The translations under genes were made by a program, and so were the position numbers. Positions 1 to 10,843 of a DNA stretch of 64,000 bases are shown here, one piece after another. Within the stretch, counting starts at the first letter, position 1. Each line of letters starts with the position of its first letter. Below the pieces are notes generated by a model. It was not told where the DNA came from. It did no database searches and saw only the letters and a list, made by a program, of their open reading frames with translations. Source of the DNA: a virus (taxonomy: Duplodnaviria > Heunggongvirae > Uroviricota > Caudoviricetes); IMG/VR virus record IMGVR_UViG_3300027156_000002, one strand, 5' to 3'.

Positions 1-3000
1 ATATTGAGCATATTTTGCTGCAGCACGAGCAGAGTTGGTAGACGCTTTCTCAATAAGGTTTACGTTTTTCATTGTAAAGAATGGGCGTAACTCTCCTTTG
101 TTCATGTCAACTGAACAACGATAATCTACAGATTCCGCTGCACCAATTCCATGACCAGTAAAATTGTCAACAATAAATCCGTTTTTCATTCTATCCATAC
201 CAGTAGAATCTTGAATCTTCAATGATTCAGTTTGTTGTTCTAGTAGAGATAAAGAAGTGTAATATTCTAGATTGTCGATACGCTTTTCTAATTTACCGAT
301 GTCACGCATTGTATAGCGTTTATTGTCGATAGAGTCAATAATTACATTATTGTTTGTTGTATCAAATGTATATGGAGCAAGTGTTAACTTATAAAGAACC
401 ATACCTGTTGATGAATCTTCAGCATCACCTGGATTAATTGAAGATGTACCAGAGATATTAAAGAAATTGCCATTTACATCAACAGCAATCTTTTCTTTTC
501 TTGCCAAATAATAAGTGAAGTCTGTGGTAATGTTGGAACCACGTCTTGGTAATTGAGTTATTGAACTAAATGATACACCATCATCATCAATTCTTGGACG
601 GAAATCTAAACCATCACGTAAATCTGATGGAATCTGTGAGTAAGAGATAGTTGCAGGATATGAATTAACACTGCAATAGTCACCAACAGAATGTGTAAAG
701 TATTCAAAGGTTACTTGAATAGGTGCTGATGGTGGAGCATATGTATCTTTTAGTACAATTCTTCCAAGATCATAATGAGTTGCTCGTTGACCATTATCAA
801 AATCATAACGATCTGAAATGTCAATTGTATAAGAACCTGATGGTGAAGAGAAGGATCCAGAATCCATCTTAACACTATTGATCTTCCAGCAATCTGCCTT
901 ACCTAAAGATAAAATAGTTGGTGTTGCAGTTGCTTGAGTAGTAAATGATACAGTTGCACCAGTTACGTGAGTTTTAGTTTTCTCAGTAGAACTAGAACCA
1001 GTTTTATTTACAGTTGCAACGATAGTACATTGTTTTCCATCGTTTGCATTTCCTACGTTAATAACAGCAGAACTTCCTGTTACAGTTACGCTATTGATTG
1101 GAAGAACATCGCCATTATCATTTCTGGTTACAATAAAGTTTCCAGTAACAGCGCCAGATGCAAATGTTCCAGAAGCAGCATTAATATTAATGTTACCTGA
1201 CGCAACAGTTTCTGTGTATACTGCTGAAACTGTATACGCAGTATCATTTGTTGCTAAAGCACTTCTTAAAGAACGAACTGTACTGTAAGGTAGAGAGAAT
1301 ACAGTTTTCTCTAAGTTAGTCGCTAATATATTTGTCTTCACTAAACTAAATGCAGCATTTGTCGCAGTTAAAGAAGCTGAGATTGTTAATGATGTTTGAG
1401 AAGCGACTGCTGTAACTCTATAAGAAGCACCATTAACATAAATGTAATCACCGACAACTAATTGTGTCAAGAAAGAAGTACCATTACCTGTCACTGTTGT
1501 TCCAGCAGCAGTTACAGAACCGATTAATGGAGTAGTTATTGGGTTAATGTCAGCAGTGAATCCCCAAGAATTTAGCCCAATAGATTTAACGTTACGAGAG
1601 AACTCTTTACCTGCGTTCAAATTAACATCATATAAAAACAACTTATATGTTGCAGTATTAGAACCGATAGAACCATTGTCCCATTCAATTGCACGAACAC
1701 GTGCAGTACCGATAATAGTTCCTGCTTCAGTACCACGTGTGGTTGTTAATTGATCTCTTAGGTTTACAACAGAGTTGTAAATGATTGGAGGAATCTTACA
1801 TAGATTAGTTACTGTTACATAACTTCCCAATTCAGCAGAAATAAACGCATTATCTGCTTGGGCATATTCACGTGACTTGTTGACAGAAACATATTCTGTG
1901 GCGATCTTTTCAATCTCATATCCACGAACATATGCTTTTCCTGGTTCTAAACCGATTGCAAGTTTAGACTCATCTCCGTTTTTGTAAATACCACGATTAT
2001 ATTGAGGGGTTAATGTATATTCCCACTGAATACCAGTAGAACCTGGACCATCATATGCGATACCTGTAGTATGCACTGGCGCAGTAGTAACTGATGTTCC
2101 GCTATTCTTAGCTACATACGTTTTACCTGCGTTAGTTACAATGTCGCCGATTAAGAATGCAGTGTTTTGTGTCCATGCGCCACGATCATTGTTACGGTGC
2201 TCACGAATATCGATGTTAAAGTTTCTTACTGTATAATCGCCAGACTCGTCATATGTACGACGAGCCAATGTTTGTTCTAAAACAGAGTATTCTGTCTTAG
2301 TAGTAATCTTTTTATTGACACCATCTTCAACTCTTAGTAACTCAATAAAACTTGCGTCTGAAGCTGACTCTAAAGAGATCTTCTTTAGAGTTAAGTCGAT
2401 ATAATAACGATGCGATCCTGGAGCAGCATAGTTGTAGCTGTTTTGAGCATTATCCAACAACGTAGCATCTTCTTCAGGAGTTACAATTTTTTCTTCTACA
2501 TTCAAGCCAACACGATATGATGGCGTGTTGCTATATTTGTCAAGAATTATAGAATGGGATTCTACAAGAACGAAGAATCCATTAACATAATAAACACCAC
2601 GCTCGATAGAAACGATAGAACCAATACCAGTTGGGTTTTCTGCTACAGCCTGAAAAGAATATAAATTATCTTCTGTTGAGATTACCTCGCCAGCAGCAAA
2701 TACTTTTGTAGTTCCATTGTTACCAGAGTCTTTATAACGAATATAAATGGTTGATGGTTCATTTTGCTCAGCACTCTGAACCTTAATTACTTCTGCTTTA
2801 AGGTTTGAATTGGCACCAACAATAACCTTATTGTTAAGGCTATCTAAAAATGTCTCTACAGCAATACCATTGTACAATGGCTGCAATTTAACATATTGCG
2901 CATTCGTATCAATTGATATTTGTCCAGGTAGAACCATAGCACCCTGTTTGAAGATATTATCTCCATGGCGCTGGATCTGTTTCTGCAGAATACTCTGCAT

Positions 3001-3111
3001 TTGCGTGAGTTCACGAGCCTGTAAAGCGAAACTTGGGCGGAACAGAATTCTGTAGAATTTACTGTTCTCGTTATAGTCATCATTATATGGTTCGGTATTG
3101 AAATCGATCAT
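1..3111 (-). CDS. DUF4815/VrlC-like large virion structural protein (runs off the left edge of the window)
   Basis: Missing from the ORF track because it has no stop in the window. ATG at 3111 reads MIDFNTEPYNDDYNENSKFYRILFRPSFALQARELTQMQSILQKQIQRHGDNIFKQGAMV..., the typical N-terminus of this T4-like family; spot checks show the frame still open downstream. Confidence 0.85.
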   Translation of the reverse strand, partial: MIDFNTEPYNDDYNENSKFYRILFRPSFALQARELTQMQSILQKQIQRHGDNIFKQGAMVLPGQISIDTNAQYVKLQPLYNGIAVETFLDSLNNKVIVGANSNLKAEVIKVQSAEQNEPSTIYIRYKDSGNNGTTKVFAAGEVISTEDNLYSFQAVAENPTGIGSIVSIERGVYYVNGFFVLVESHSIILDKYSNTPSYRVGLNVEEKIVTPEEDATLLDNAQNSYNYAAPGSHRYYIDLTLKKISLESASDASFIELLRVEDGVNKKITTKTEYSVLEQTLARRTYDESGDYTVRNFNIDIREHRNNDRGAWTQNTAFLIGDIVTNAGKTYVAKNSGTSVTTAPVHTTGIAYDGPGSTGIQWEYTLTPQYNRGIYKNGDESKLAIGLEPGKAYVRGYEIEKIATEYVSVNKSREYAQADNAFISAELGSYVTVTNLCKIPPIIYNSVVNLRDQLTTTRGTEAGTIIGTARVRAIEWDNGSIGSNTATYKLFLYDVNLNAGKEFSRNVKSIGLNSWGFTADINPITTPLIGSVTAAGTTVTGNGTSFLTQLVVGDYIYVNGASYRVTAVASQTSLTISASLTATNAAFSLVKTNILATNLEKTVFSLPYSTVRSLRSALATNDTAYTVSAVYTETVASGNININAASGTFASGAVTGNFIVTRNDNGDVLPINSVTVTGSSAVINVGNANDGKQCTIVATVNKTGSSSTEKTKTHVTGATVSFTTQATATPTILSLGKADCWKINSVKMDSGSFSSPSGSYTIDISDRYDFDNGQRATHYDLGRIVLKDTYAPPSAPIQVTFEYFTHSVGDYCSVNSYPATISYSQIPSDLRDGLDFRPRIDDDGVSFSSITQLPRRGSNITTDFTYYLARKEKIAVDVNGNFFNISGTSSINPGDAEDSSTGMVLYKLTLAPYTFDTTNNNVIIDSIDNKRYTMRDIGKLEKRIDNLEYYTSLSLLEQQTESLKIQDSTGMDRMKNGFIVDNFTGHGIGAAESVDYRCSVDMNKGELRPFFTMKNVNLIEKASTNSARAAAKYAQY

Positions 3112-3143
3112 CTTTTACTCTTTTAGTTAATTACTATTATTTA

Positions 3144-5708
3144 TTAGAATTTTATAACAGTTCTAAGAGTTACTGTTTGGTCTGCTGTTGGCGTAAATGC
3201 TTGCTTATTATCAATGAAAAGCATATCACCAGAATATTTATCTACTGTTGGCAGAGTTAAACCAGAAACTGTAAAACTTTGTGATGCGTCATTTGTTAAA
3301 ACAGAACCTACTGTTGGTATAGCATTGTCTAAAGATTGTAATAATGCTGAGTTCGAGTTTAGGTTAACAATTCTAAATTTTGATCCAGTATTAGCCAAAT
3401 ATACAGTTTGATCTTTGGCAAAATTGTTAGTATTGATTGTTCCAGTAACAACGAAACACGCAGATGCTAACGTAGAATCTAAAGAATATGTTGATGCATA
3501 CTTTCTTGGGTTTTTGATAATGCCGATTTGACGGAAATCGTTATTCACATCAAATCCTTGGTTTTTATCTCTGGAGATACTTGAATAGAACATTAACGAT
3601 CTTGTATAAAGACCATTAATTGAGTCTTTTCCATGTCCGCCAAAGTCAGTCATAATTGCTCTTGCTGTGGCACCGAAACCAGAACCTGTAATTGTAACTC
3701 TTGCCCAGCGATATCCTTGACCATAATTAGTCATACGGATTTTTTTAATCTTACCGTTTTCTGTAATAGCTTCTGCAGCTGCGCCAGTACCATCACCTTC
3801 AATAGTTATTGTTGCTCCAGCATAACCAAATCCACCAGATATAACTTTAATAGACATAATACGTCCATCAATAGTCAACAATTCGGTGTTGGCTTGTAAA
3901 GTTGAAACGTCGCCTGGAGAAAGGTCTGCAGAAATTTCTGCGTTATCACCATCGCCATCTACAGTTAAGTTTGCATATGTATAACCGATACCACCATCAT
4001 CAATCTGAATACCAACTAATTCACCATTACTTAACAATGGTAGTAATTTAGCTTCTGATTTAACACCAGAAAGATATCCTGTTGCGCCAGTTCCAGTAGT
4101 TGAGTTAATAGTTAGGTTCGGTAGAACTGAATAACCAGTTCCATATCTAAGAATAACTGTTCCTGATGCTGGGCGACCAACGTACTGTAATGTTGCAGTT
4201 CCACTTGACGCAGATCCTGATGTATGAGTAGGAGCTACACTACCTGTAGTTCCTGCGGTAGTAACAGTATAAAGTCTGTTAGCCACATAAACTTGTTGCT
4301 GTAATGTTAATGATGTTGCTGCTGTCCATGCAGTACCAAAACTAACAGTTGGTGTAGATGTATAATCATCACCAGAGTTTGTAATAACTGTGGTTTGAAC
4401 AGATGTTCCCATCATAATAACAGAGCCAGTAGCACCACTTCCGCCACCACCACTAAATGAAACTGATGGAGCAGAAGTATAACCTAATCCGCCATCTGTC
4501 ATTACAACTTCTCTGACAGCGCCAATAAGATTAATTGCTGTCACTGTACCAGACGTAACAGTTGCTGTAGCTCTTACTGTTGTTCCAATATATTTTAAAG
4601 CAGCTGTTCCGTTGGAGATAATACCAGATCCATGAGTTGGTGCAGGCGACGCTAAAGTCCCTGGAAGTGTAACTTCATAGATGTTGTTGTTATGTCTAAA
4701 TCTTTGTCCAAGTAACACATTAATATTTGCTGCCCAAGTTGTAGCAGCAAAAGGTGGATCTATTTCTACTGTTGCATTTATGTATCCAGATCCATTGGAT
4801 GATAAGTTAGTTCCAATAATAAACAATGGGTCTAATTCTCTAGATCCGTCACCTTGTACAGAAATGTTCGCATAAGTATAATTTTGCCCACGTTTTTCAA
4901 TTTTAACTGTTTGTATTGCTCCACTAGAATAAAACTGTGGTCTTAATGCTGTAACAACTGGCATATATGTATCAGTCAAAAACTTATTACGTAGCGCAAT
5001 AGGAATACTATACATATATTTCCACATATATCCGTCTGGCATAATTACTGGATCAACAGTAGTACCAACAGGTTTATATGTAGATTGTGCATTATTATTG
5101 TTATCTAAACATTTGTATACGTTATATTCATCAGTAACCACATAGAAGTTACATTCTTCCATAGCCTGTTTACCAGAATATGATATTGGAAGGACTGCTG
5201 TTGCAGCAACACCTTCTCCACCGCCACCTGTAATAGTTACTGTTGGTGTACTAGTGTATCCACGACCTGGATTTGTTAATTCTATCTCAATTACAATACC
5301 GTTTGCAATATAAGCAGTTGCAGTAGCACCTGAGCCACCACCTCCAGTGATTGTTACTGTTGGTGGATCAGCGAAGCCATATCCACCAGAAATTAAATTA
5401 ATGCCATCTAATTCATCAGAATAATGATCGTCATACATATCATATATTCTACCACTCTCCCAATTTCTTCTTTCAACAATAAACGCTACGTCAGTTGAAC
5501 GAATCTCTTTCATAGTGATTATTTCATTGCGTGTTTTTAAATCATAATCAAGAGAATTAACTGGGAATGGAGGTTCCAACTCTTGAGCCCACTGAAGAGT
5601 TTTCCCTAAAAAATAATAATATTTGGCTGTGCGATTCTGAATCTCATTATAGAGACCTTTCGCAATTGAGTTGTGCAACCCAGATTTTAATAGTGCTGAA
5701 GATGCCAT
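3144..5708 (-). CDS. gp8: Baseplate wedge subunit, gp8-like, expanded with repeat insertions
   Basis: NFYVVTDEYNVYKCLDNN and DGYMWKYMYSIP motifs; C-terminal FRQIGIIKNP; lies next to gp7/gp6. Confidence 0.85.
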   Translation of the reverse strand: MASSALLKSGLHNSIAKGLYNEIQNRTAKYYYFLGKTLQWAQELEPPFPVNSLDYDLKTRNEIITMKEIRSTDVAFIVERRNWESGRIYDMYDDHYSDELDGINLISGGYGFADPPTVTITGGGGSGATATAYIANGIVIEIELTNPGRGYTSTPTVTITGGGGEGVAATAVLPISYSGKQAMEECNFYVVTDEYNVYKCLDNNNNAQSTYKPVGTTVDPVIMPDGYMWKYMYSIPIALRNKFLTDTYMPVVTALRPQFYSSGAIQTVKIEKRGQNYTYANISVQGDGSRELDPLFIIGTNLSSNGSGYINATVEIDPPFAATTWAANINVLLGQRFRHNNNIYEVTLPGTLASPAPTHGSGIISNGTAALKYIGTTVRATATVTSGTVTAINLIGAVREVVMTDGGLGYTSAPSVSFSGGGGSGATGSVIMMGTSVQTTVITNSGDDYTSTPTVSFGTAWTAATSLTLQQQVYVANRLYTVTTAGTTGSVAPTHTSGSASSGTATLQYVGRPASGTVILRYGTGYSVLPNLTINSTTGTGATGYLSGVKSEAKLLPLLSNGELVGIQIDDGGIGYTYANLTVDGDGDNAEISADLSPGDVSTLQANTELLTIDGRIMSIKVISGGFGYAGATITIEGDGTGAAAEAITENGKIKKIRMTNYGQGYRWARVTITGSGFGATARAIMTDFGGHGKDSINGLYTRSLMFYSSISRDKNQGFDVNNDFRQIGIIKNPRKYASTYSLDSTLASACFVVTGTINTNNFAKDQTVYLANTGSKFRIVNLNSNSALLQSLDNAIPTVGSVLTNDASQSFTVSGLTLPTVDKYSGDMLFIDNKQAFTPTADQTVTLRTVIKF

Positions 5709-5721
5709 TTAATTTTTTCTT

Positions 5722-6165
5722 TTAGCTTACGGTAATAACCCAAGTGATAGCGATGCTGTCACCTGCTGCTTTATTAACTACAGGGAATGTTGTTCTACAG
5801 AGCATAGTTCCTGCTGAGTTTGCATTTAAAATACCTGCTTCAGTAATTGCTCCAGTACCAGTACCAGCTGGGAAAGTTGCAGTGGCAGTTACAGTTGCGC
5901 CACTAGAAGAGAAAGAAGCCAAGGTAACACGACCAGCTTCAGTTCCTAAAACAGAATCTGCCACTGCAGGGGTTGCAGTTCCAGTTCCGATTGCCATATG
6001 TGACATTACGTTAGTTCCAGAACCTACCATGCGAGCAGCAATATATTGTTTACCTGCTGTTACAACTAAGTTTGGAACATTAATTACGTCTTTAATTTTA
6101 CCGTCAGCATTTTTGTGAATGATGGTTAATTCACCCTTCATTTTTAGATTTTCATTTAAGTCCAT
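5722..6165 (-). CDS. Small virion structural protein (tail-fibre/collar N-terminal-like)
   Basis: NLVVTAG..MAIGTG..ITEAGIL..RTTFPVVNK pattern seen in phage tail-fibre attachment domains; located in the baseplate operon. Confidence 0.6.
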   Translation of the reverse strand: MDLNENLKMKGELTIIHKNADGKIKDVINVPNLVVTAGKQYIAARMVGSGTNVMSHMAIGTGTATPAVADSVLGTEAGRVTLASFSSSGATVTATATFPAGTGTGAITEAGILNANSAGTMLCRTTFPVVNKAAGDSIAITWVITVS

Positions 6166-6174
6166 TTATATCTC

Positions 6175-7782
6175 CTAAGTGTTAAAGTTGGTCGGGTCAT
6201 TAACATATGATCCATCGTCGTTTAAGAACCAACCAGCGTCTGCATATGGGTTCAGTAACACGAAACCTGTGTCGACTGGAGTCGCTAAATCGTCTCCAAT
6301 TCCCGTTCTATCAATATATTTATCCATCGAAAATACATTACTATCGGGTGTAGTAATATAATCTTCAAGTCCTTTGGTTACACCTTTAGCCGTAATGTAA
6401 TCAATATTGACTGTAACTTCGTCTTGAGCTGTTACAGAAAGATTTTTAATCATCGCCTCAAGACTTAATGCAACATCAAATTCATTCTTAATTTCATATT
6501 CACCAAATACAGCCATACCAGCTGGGTGTAATAATGTTTTAACAATAGATTTGTAAGAATCTAAACTCTCATCAATTTTTAAAACATAAGAAAACGCTTG
6601 ATAGTATCTACTGTCTTGAATAAAGATAGCATCGTTTAAGAAGCTATCATTTGTAACATAATATCCTGGATACTTGGCGAGTGCTCCAAGATTAATCTTA
6701 ATAACTGCTGGATCATATGGGCTAGAGAGTTCATTGACTCCACCAGAAGATCCGAATTCACGAATAATTTCACCAGCATAGCTGCCATCCATAGCATCAG
6801 TTACGGCATAGTCCGATTTATTAATTGTACCTGTTTCTACAAAACCATCAGTTGCTTCAGCAACGCTAATATTTCCACCAATAATCTGTAGTGAACTTCC
6901 GCCAGTTCCAGTTGCCGATTGTCCCAAGTCTGCATAAATCGTTGATGCAAAATCCGTAGAATAACCAGTACCAAACTTAATAAACTCTGCGTCTAAGATA
7001 CCACCTTCTGTATTGGTTCTTGTAATCTTCATAATAGAACCAGTACCCTTACCATTTCTAATGGCGTAAAGCTGTCCAACTTTAAACCCAGTTCCTGGAG
7101 TCAATACTTTTAGCGTTGATGTTGTAGCTAGAATGTCTGCTGTGAAATAGATGTCCGCAGTTTTATAGCGAAGTCTATCACCAACACCGATATTACCGAA
7201 AAATCTGCGATCTACATAAAATTCATAGATGTCTTCTGCAATCTCAACAACACGCTCAACTTCAATTTCAATATACTGTCTTCTATCAATCTGAACACGA
7301 ATAATTTTAGTTGGAGTAATAACATCAACAAGTTTACCAACAATTTGGTCTGGATGGCCAGATGTAACTTTTGCAATAATAGAAACGTCTTGGTTCCACT
7401 TACCATCGGATACACGAAAAACTTGTTTAGATGGATAATCAATAGAAACTTCTTTATTGAATAAAAGTCTAAACAATAATTTATATGACGACTCAGATCC
7501 TTTTGCCAAATATTGGTCTTTGATTCTCTGTAAAAGAAATCTAGGATCTGCATTAATTTGAGTTGGCAAATTAATACCAACTTCATTCCTAAAGTGTTGT
7601 ATAAAAGAATCTAAAGTTGTATCTAGATCTCTTAAATCTCTAAGATCTGGAGAAGTAGTTTCCAAATATTCATAATACGCTTTTAAGAAAGCAACGAAAG
7701 TTTGATGATCTTCACGAACAAACTCAGGGAGTTGTCCTTCTACTAATGAAGATATCTTGCTTCTTCTTAATGGAGCTGTCAT
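6175..7782 (-). CDS. gp7: Baseplate wedge initiator gp7-like
   Basis: QLPEFVREDH..FLKAYYE, YLAKGSESSYKLLFRLLF, IQDSRYYQAFSYV..LHPAGMAVFG. Confidence 0.85.
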   Translation of the reverse strand: MTAPLRRSKISSLVEGQLPEFVREDHQTFVAFLKAYYEYLETTSPDLRDLRDLDTTLDSFIQHFRNEVGINLPTQINADPRFLLQRIKDQYLAKGSESSYKLLFRLLFNKEVSIDYPSKQVFRVSDGKWNQDVSIIAKVTSGHPDQIVGKLVDVITPTKIIRVQIDRRQYIEIEVERVVEIAEDIYEFYVDRRFFGNIGVGDRLRYKTADIYFTADILATTSTLKVLTPGTGFKVGQLYAIRNGKGTGSIMKITRTNTEGGILDAEFIKFGTGYSTDFASTIYADLGQSATGTGGSSLQIIGGNISVAEATDGFVETGTINKSDYAVTDAMDGSYAGEIIREFGSSGGVNELSSPYDPAVIKINLGALAKYPGYYVTNDSFLNDAIFIQDSRYYQAFSYVLKIDESLDSYKSIVKTLLHPAGMAVFGEYEIKNEFDVALSLEAMIKNLSVTAQDEVTVNIDYITAKGVTKGLEDYITTPDSNVFSMDKYIDRTGIGDDLATPVDTGFVLLNPYADAGWFLNDDGSYVNDPTNFNT

Positions 7783-7784
7783 TT

Positions 7785-9635
7785 TTAGCCTACTCTATCG
7801 CCTGTTACTGTTGCGTTGGAAGCACTGAATGTATAATTGTATCCAGCACGTAAGTCACCAACTGCAGTTTGATCTGGGATAGCAGTAACATATAAATGGT
7901 CTCTTGCTATTTTGGCGATTTGAGTTAGCGCAGAAACTACGTCATTGGATTTTGGTTTTATTGTAATTTCCCAATCGATATCTGCCAATGCAGTAATGTG
8001 TAAATTGCGAATATCTATAATACCTCTAGCATGATCGATTGTTCCAATCTGTTCGTCAATAATAAATTTCTGAGCATTGGAACCATATTTAAATAAGCGA
8101 ACATTGGTACCATTATCATCAAGGTAATGAATCTCATCACTACCATCAATATAAAATCCTGTAGTTCCTATTGATCCACCTGCAAATTCTGAATAGTAAA
8201 TTGGGTTGATAATGTTTAAAAGATATTGCGCAGAAACATTATAACGTGGAGCAATATTTCTTCTTAACAATACAGTCATAGTATTGTTGCTAATAGATTT
8301 TTCTGAAGCATCGATGGCAGCAGACAATTTGGAGAAACGGAACACGCCATCAAAAGTTTGCAATTCATTATCATCATAATCAAAAATAGTATTTGTTACA
8401 ATCGTTTCAATTTCTGGACCAGTTCTTGTTGTTTCTCTTGGGTTATAGTTAACACTAACATTGAGAGAAATATTCAAATATTCTGGATCAACAACTTCAG
8501 GAATAACAGAAACTACGTTTTTACTTTGTAAAATTGTATTAACGAGTTCTGACTTCTGCAGTTGCGTTAGTTTAGAAGAATCAATTGGTTTAACACAAAC
8601 GAAAATTTTACCATAAACAGGTGGGTTGTTATCTTCACCACCCCAAACAGAAACTGCTTTCGCTGTTGGGAATGCTGAATAAATTAATGCTTTATAGTCA
8701 TCTGGTGTTACGCAACGATTTTGCGCTGCATATGTTCTTGGTGCATTAAAACGAATTCTTTCAATATCTTCTGCGACTGATCCGCCAGAAGCTGGTGCTA
8801 AACATGTAACTAAATTAGAAGCATTACTAATTAGGGTTTGGCCAGTATATTGAAATAATCGTGCGCCATTCGGTGCGTCCAATGATGATGCCATATATTC
8901 AACGTGGATAATATTACCAGGAGATAACTCTCTACCAATAACACCATCGCCGAAATATAATTCATACAAACCATCATCAACTTCTTTTATAAAATATACT
9001 CTACTAGTTGCGTCGGCTGTAGTTATAGTTGATGCGTTTGTAAATGCTTCATATAAATCAGAATTCGCTGATTCTTGAACTTTTACCTTTAGTGTTGATA
9101 TATCAATATTTGCATTTGGAATAGTATACTTACTTCCTTCAGAATATTCCCATCTAAAAGTTAGTGGGGTTCCTTCAACAATTTTAATATTATCGAAAGT
9201 ATATGATGTTCCTGAACCAGTAATTGTATAAGATGCCGTATTATAAAACGAATATTGAATACCGTCAACAGTAGTTACAAATGTGCTATATGCAGGGAGA
9301 GTTAAAGAACTTGGACCAGTAATTCCACTATCAACTGTTAAACGAACAGTAGCAGTAGAACATGTGCAAGAACGAGGAACATATCCTAACATCTTCGCCA
9401 AAGAAACAACACTATTTCTTTTACTGGCTGAATCTAAAAACATTTCGTTAATAGTCAAGTTGTTATACAGTGCATTATAATGAGTATTATATGCCAAAAC
9501 GTCTAAAAGAATAGAAAGACCAGCACCTTCAAAATCATAGTCTTGGAATTGTTGCTGTCCTTTTAGGAAGTTCTTTAGATTTAGCTTAATTGCATCAAAA
9601 TCCAAATCTGTTACGTTTATCTTTTTATTTGCCAT
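7785..9635 (-). CDS. gp6: Baseplate wedge subunit gp6
   Basis: LDFDAIKLNLKNFL..DYDFEGAGLSILLDVLAYNTHY; AQNRCVTPDDY; AVSVWGGEDN. Confidence 0.95.
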   Translation of the reverse strand: MANKKINVTDLDFDAIKLNLKNFLKGQQQFQDYDFEGAGLSILLDVLAYNTHYNALYNNLTINEMFLDSASKRNSVVSLAKMLGYVPRSCTCSTATVRLTVDSGITGPSSLTLPAYSTFVTTVDGIQYSFYNTASYTITGSGTSYTFDNIKIVEGTPLTFRWEYSEGSKYTIPNANIDISTLKVKVQESANSDLYEAFTNASTITTADATSRVYFIKEVDDGLYELYFGDGVIGRELSPGNIIHVEYMASSLDAPNGARLFQYTGQTLISNASNLVTCLAPASGGSVAEDIERIRFNAPRTYAAQNRCVTPDDYKALIYSAFPTAKAVSVWGGEDNNPPVYGKIFVCVKPIDSSKLTQLQKSELVNTILQSKNVVSVIPEVVDPEYLNISLNVSVNYNPRETTRTGPEIETIVTNTIFDYDDNELQTFDGVFRFSKLSAAIDASEKSISNNTMTVLLRRNIAPRYNVSAQYLLNIINPIYYSEFAGGSIGTTGFYIDGSDEIHYLDDNGTNVRLFKYGSNAQKFIIDEQIGTIDHARGIIDIRNLHITALADIDWEITIKPKSNDVVSALTQIAKIARDHLYVTAIPDQTAVGDLRAGYNYTFSASNATVTGDRVG

Positions 9636-10027
9636 TATCGGGTTCTCTCTAATACAAGATCTAAACTTAAAGGTCTTTCTGTATTTCTTATTTTAAATTC
9701 TATGGTAACTCTGATAGCATTGCTATCTATCGCTACATTAACGTCCACGTTTAATAACTCAACACGAGGTTCAAAGTTATTTACAGTATCTACGATTGCA
9801 CGTTTCATAACAACAGCCAACATTGGTGTGGCTGGCTCGAACAACAAACGCTTGATTGGAGAACCTATTTCGCTATGAAAAGGTCTTTCGAAGTTTGATG
9901 TTAAAATTAGGTTTTTTAGACTGGTTTTTACCGCATTTTCATCGTATCTAAGAACGATGTCTTTCGTCACTGGATGAGCAGTGAAATTTAAGTCTAAATC
10001 CGAAAAGTTTCTTGTATTGCGTGCCAT
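9635..10027 (-). CDS. gp25: Baseplate wedge/sheath initiator gp25
   Basis: FSDLDLNF..NLILTSNFERPFHSEIGS..NFEPRV. Confidence 0.95.
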   Translation of the reverse strand: MARNTRNFSDLDLNFTAHPVTKDIVLRYDENAVKTSLKNLILTSNFERPFHSEIGSPIKRLLFEPATPMLAVVMKRAIVDTVNNFEPRVELLNVDVNVAIDSNAIRVTIEFKIRNTERPLSLDLVLERTR

Positions 10028-10041
10028 CTAATTATTTAGTC

Positions 10042-10344
10042 CTATTCTATGAAAGAATTTGAAGATCCTTGACCAATTGTATCACCACAAGCTATTGGGT
10101 CAGAGACTCTTGCTGCTTTATACCCTTCAATATATGTTTTGTTGGCTCCAGAAGTTGGGTATCTTTGATCTGAATTGTGAGTCTGATTACCACATGTATG
10201 AGCTGCCCATTTACAATTCGCACTAACAACACCAGCAAATTTTCCGTTAAAATAAGTTTTCGCCACTGGTGTGGTTATCATAACAGTTGGAGGAAAACAC
10301 CCATGCCCTGTAGTTTTATCGTCAAGTCTAGTTACTGCTGGCAT
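10042..10344 (-). CDS. PAAR spike-tip protein (gp5.4-like)
   Basis: MPAVTRLDD..GHGCFPP..HTCG..AARVSDPIACG. Confidence 0.9.
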   Translation of the reverse strand: MPAVTRLDDKTTGHGCFPPTVMITTPVAKTYFNGKFAGVVSANCKWAAHTCGNQTHNSDQRYPTSGANKTYIEGYKAARVSDPIACGDTIGQGSSNSFIE

Positions 10345-10843
10345 ATGACACCAATTCCTTTAAAGCCAACATACCTGGAGTCCAGTTCCTATCCTGACAA
10401 AGAACAGTATATGTTTGGCTAGCAATTACTGTATTTGGCATCAGTGGATTATACGCTTGAGCCAAATAACTAAAAGTTCTACTACGAGTCATATCTGGAT
10501 CAAATCCTATAACTTCGTGAACATTGGATCGATTAACTGCATCCCAAACACTTGCATTTGAACCTAATGTTGTAATTGTTGTTATATTTCCTTTACTGTC
10601 TCGAGTCGTCAAACCATCATTAAATATACCTCTATAAAAACCAGACAAAGTTGCTCCAGAAACAATAACACTACTTGGATTAGTTTCTTGTGGAATAATT
10701 CTCACTGAGTAATAAGTCCTACCACCAGAAGTTGGAGGTGTTGCAGTTGGATCTCCCTCTTCCTCTGTATAATATTCTATTGTGTGGCTAAACGAAGCCA
10801 TCTCGGCATAAGTGCCCAATAAAGTATTAACAGGTTCCCACAT
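10328..10843 (-). CDS. Hypothetical protein between gp5 and PAAR
   Basis: 171-aa ORF coupled to both neighbours. Confidence 0.6.
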   Translation of the reverse strand: MWEPVNTLLGTYAEMASFSHTIEYYTEEEGDPTATPPTSGGRTYYSVRIIPQETNPSSVIVSGATLSGFYRGIFNDGLTTRDSKGNITTITTLGSNASVWDAVNRSNVHEVIGFDPDMTRSRTFSYLAQAYNPLMPNTVIASQTYTVLCQDRNWTPGMLALKELVSYASSN

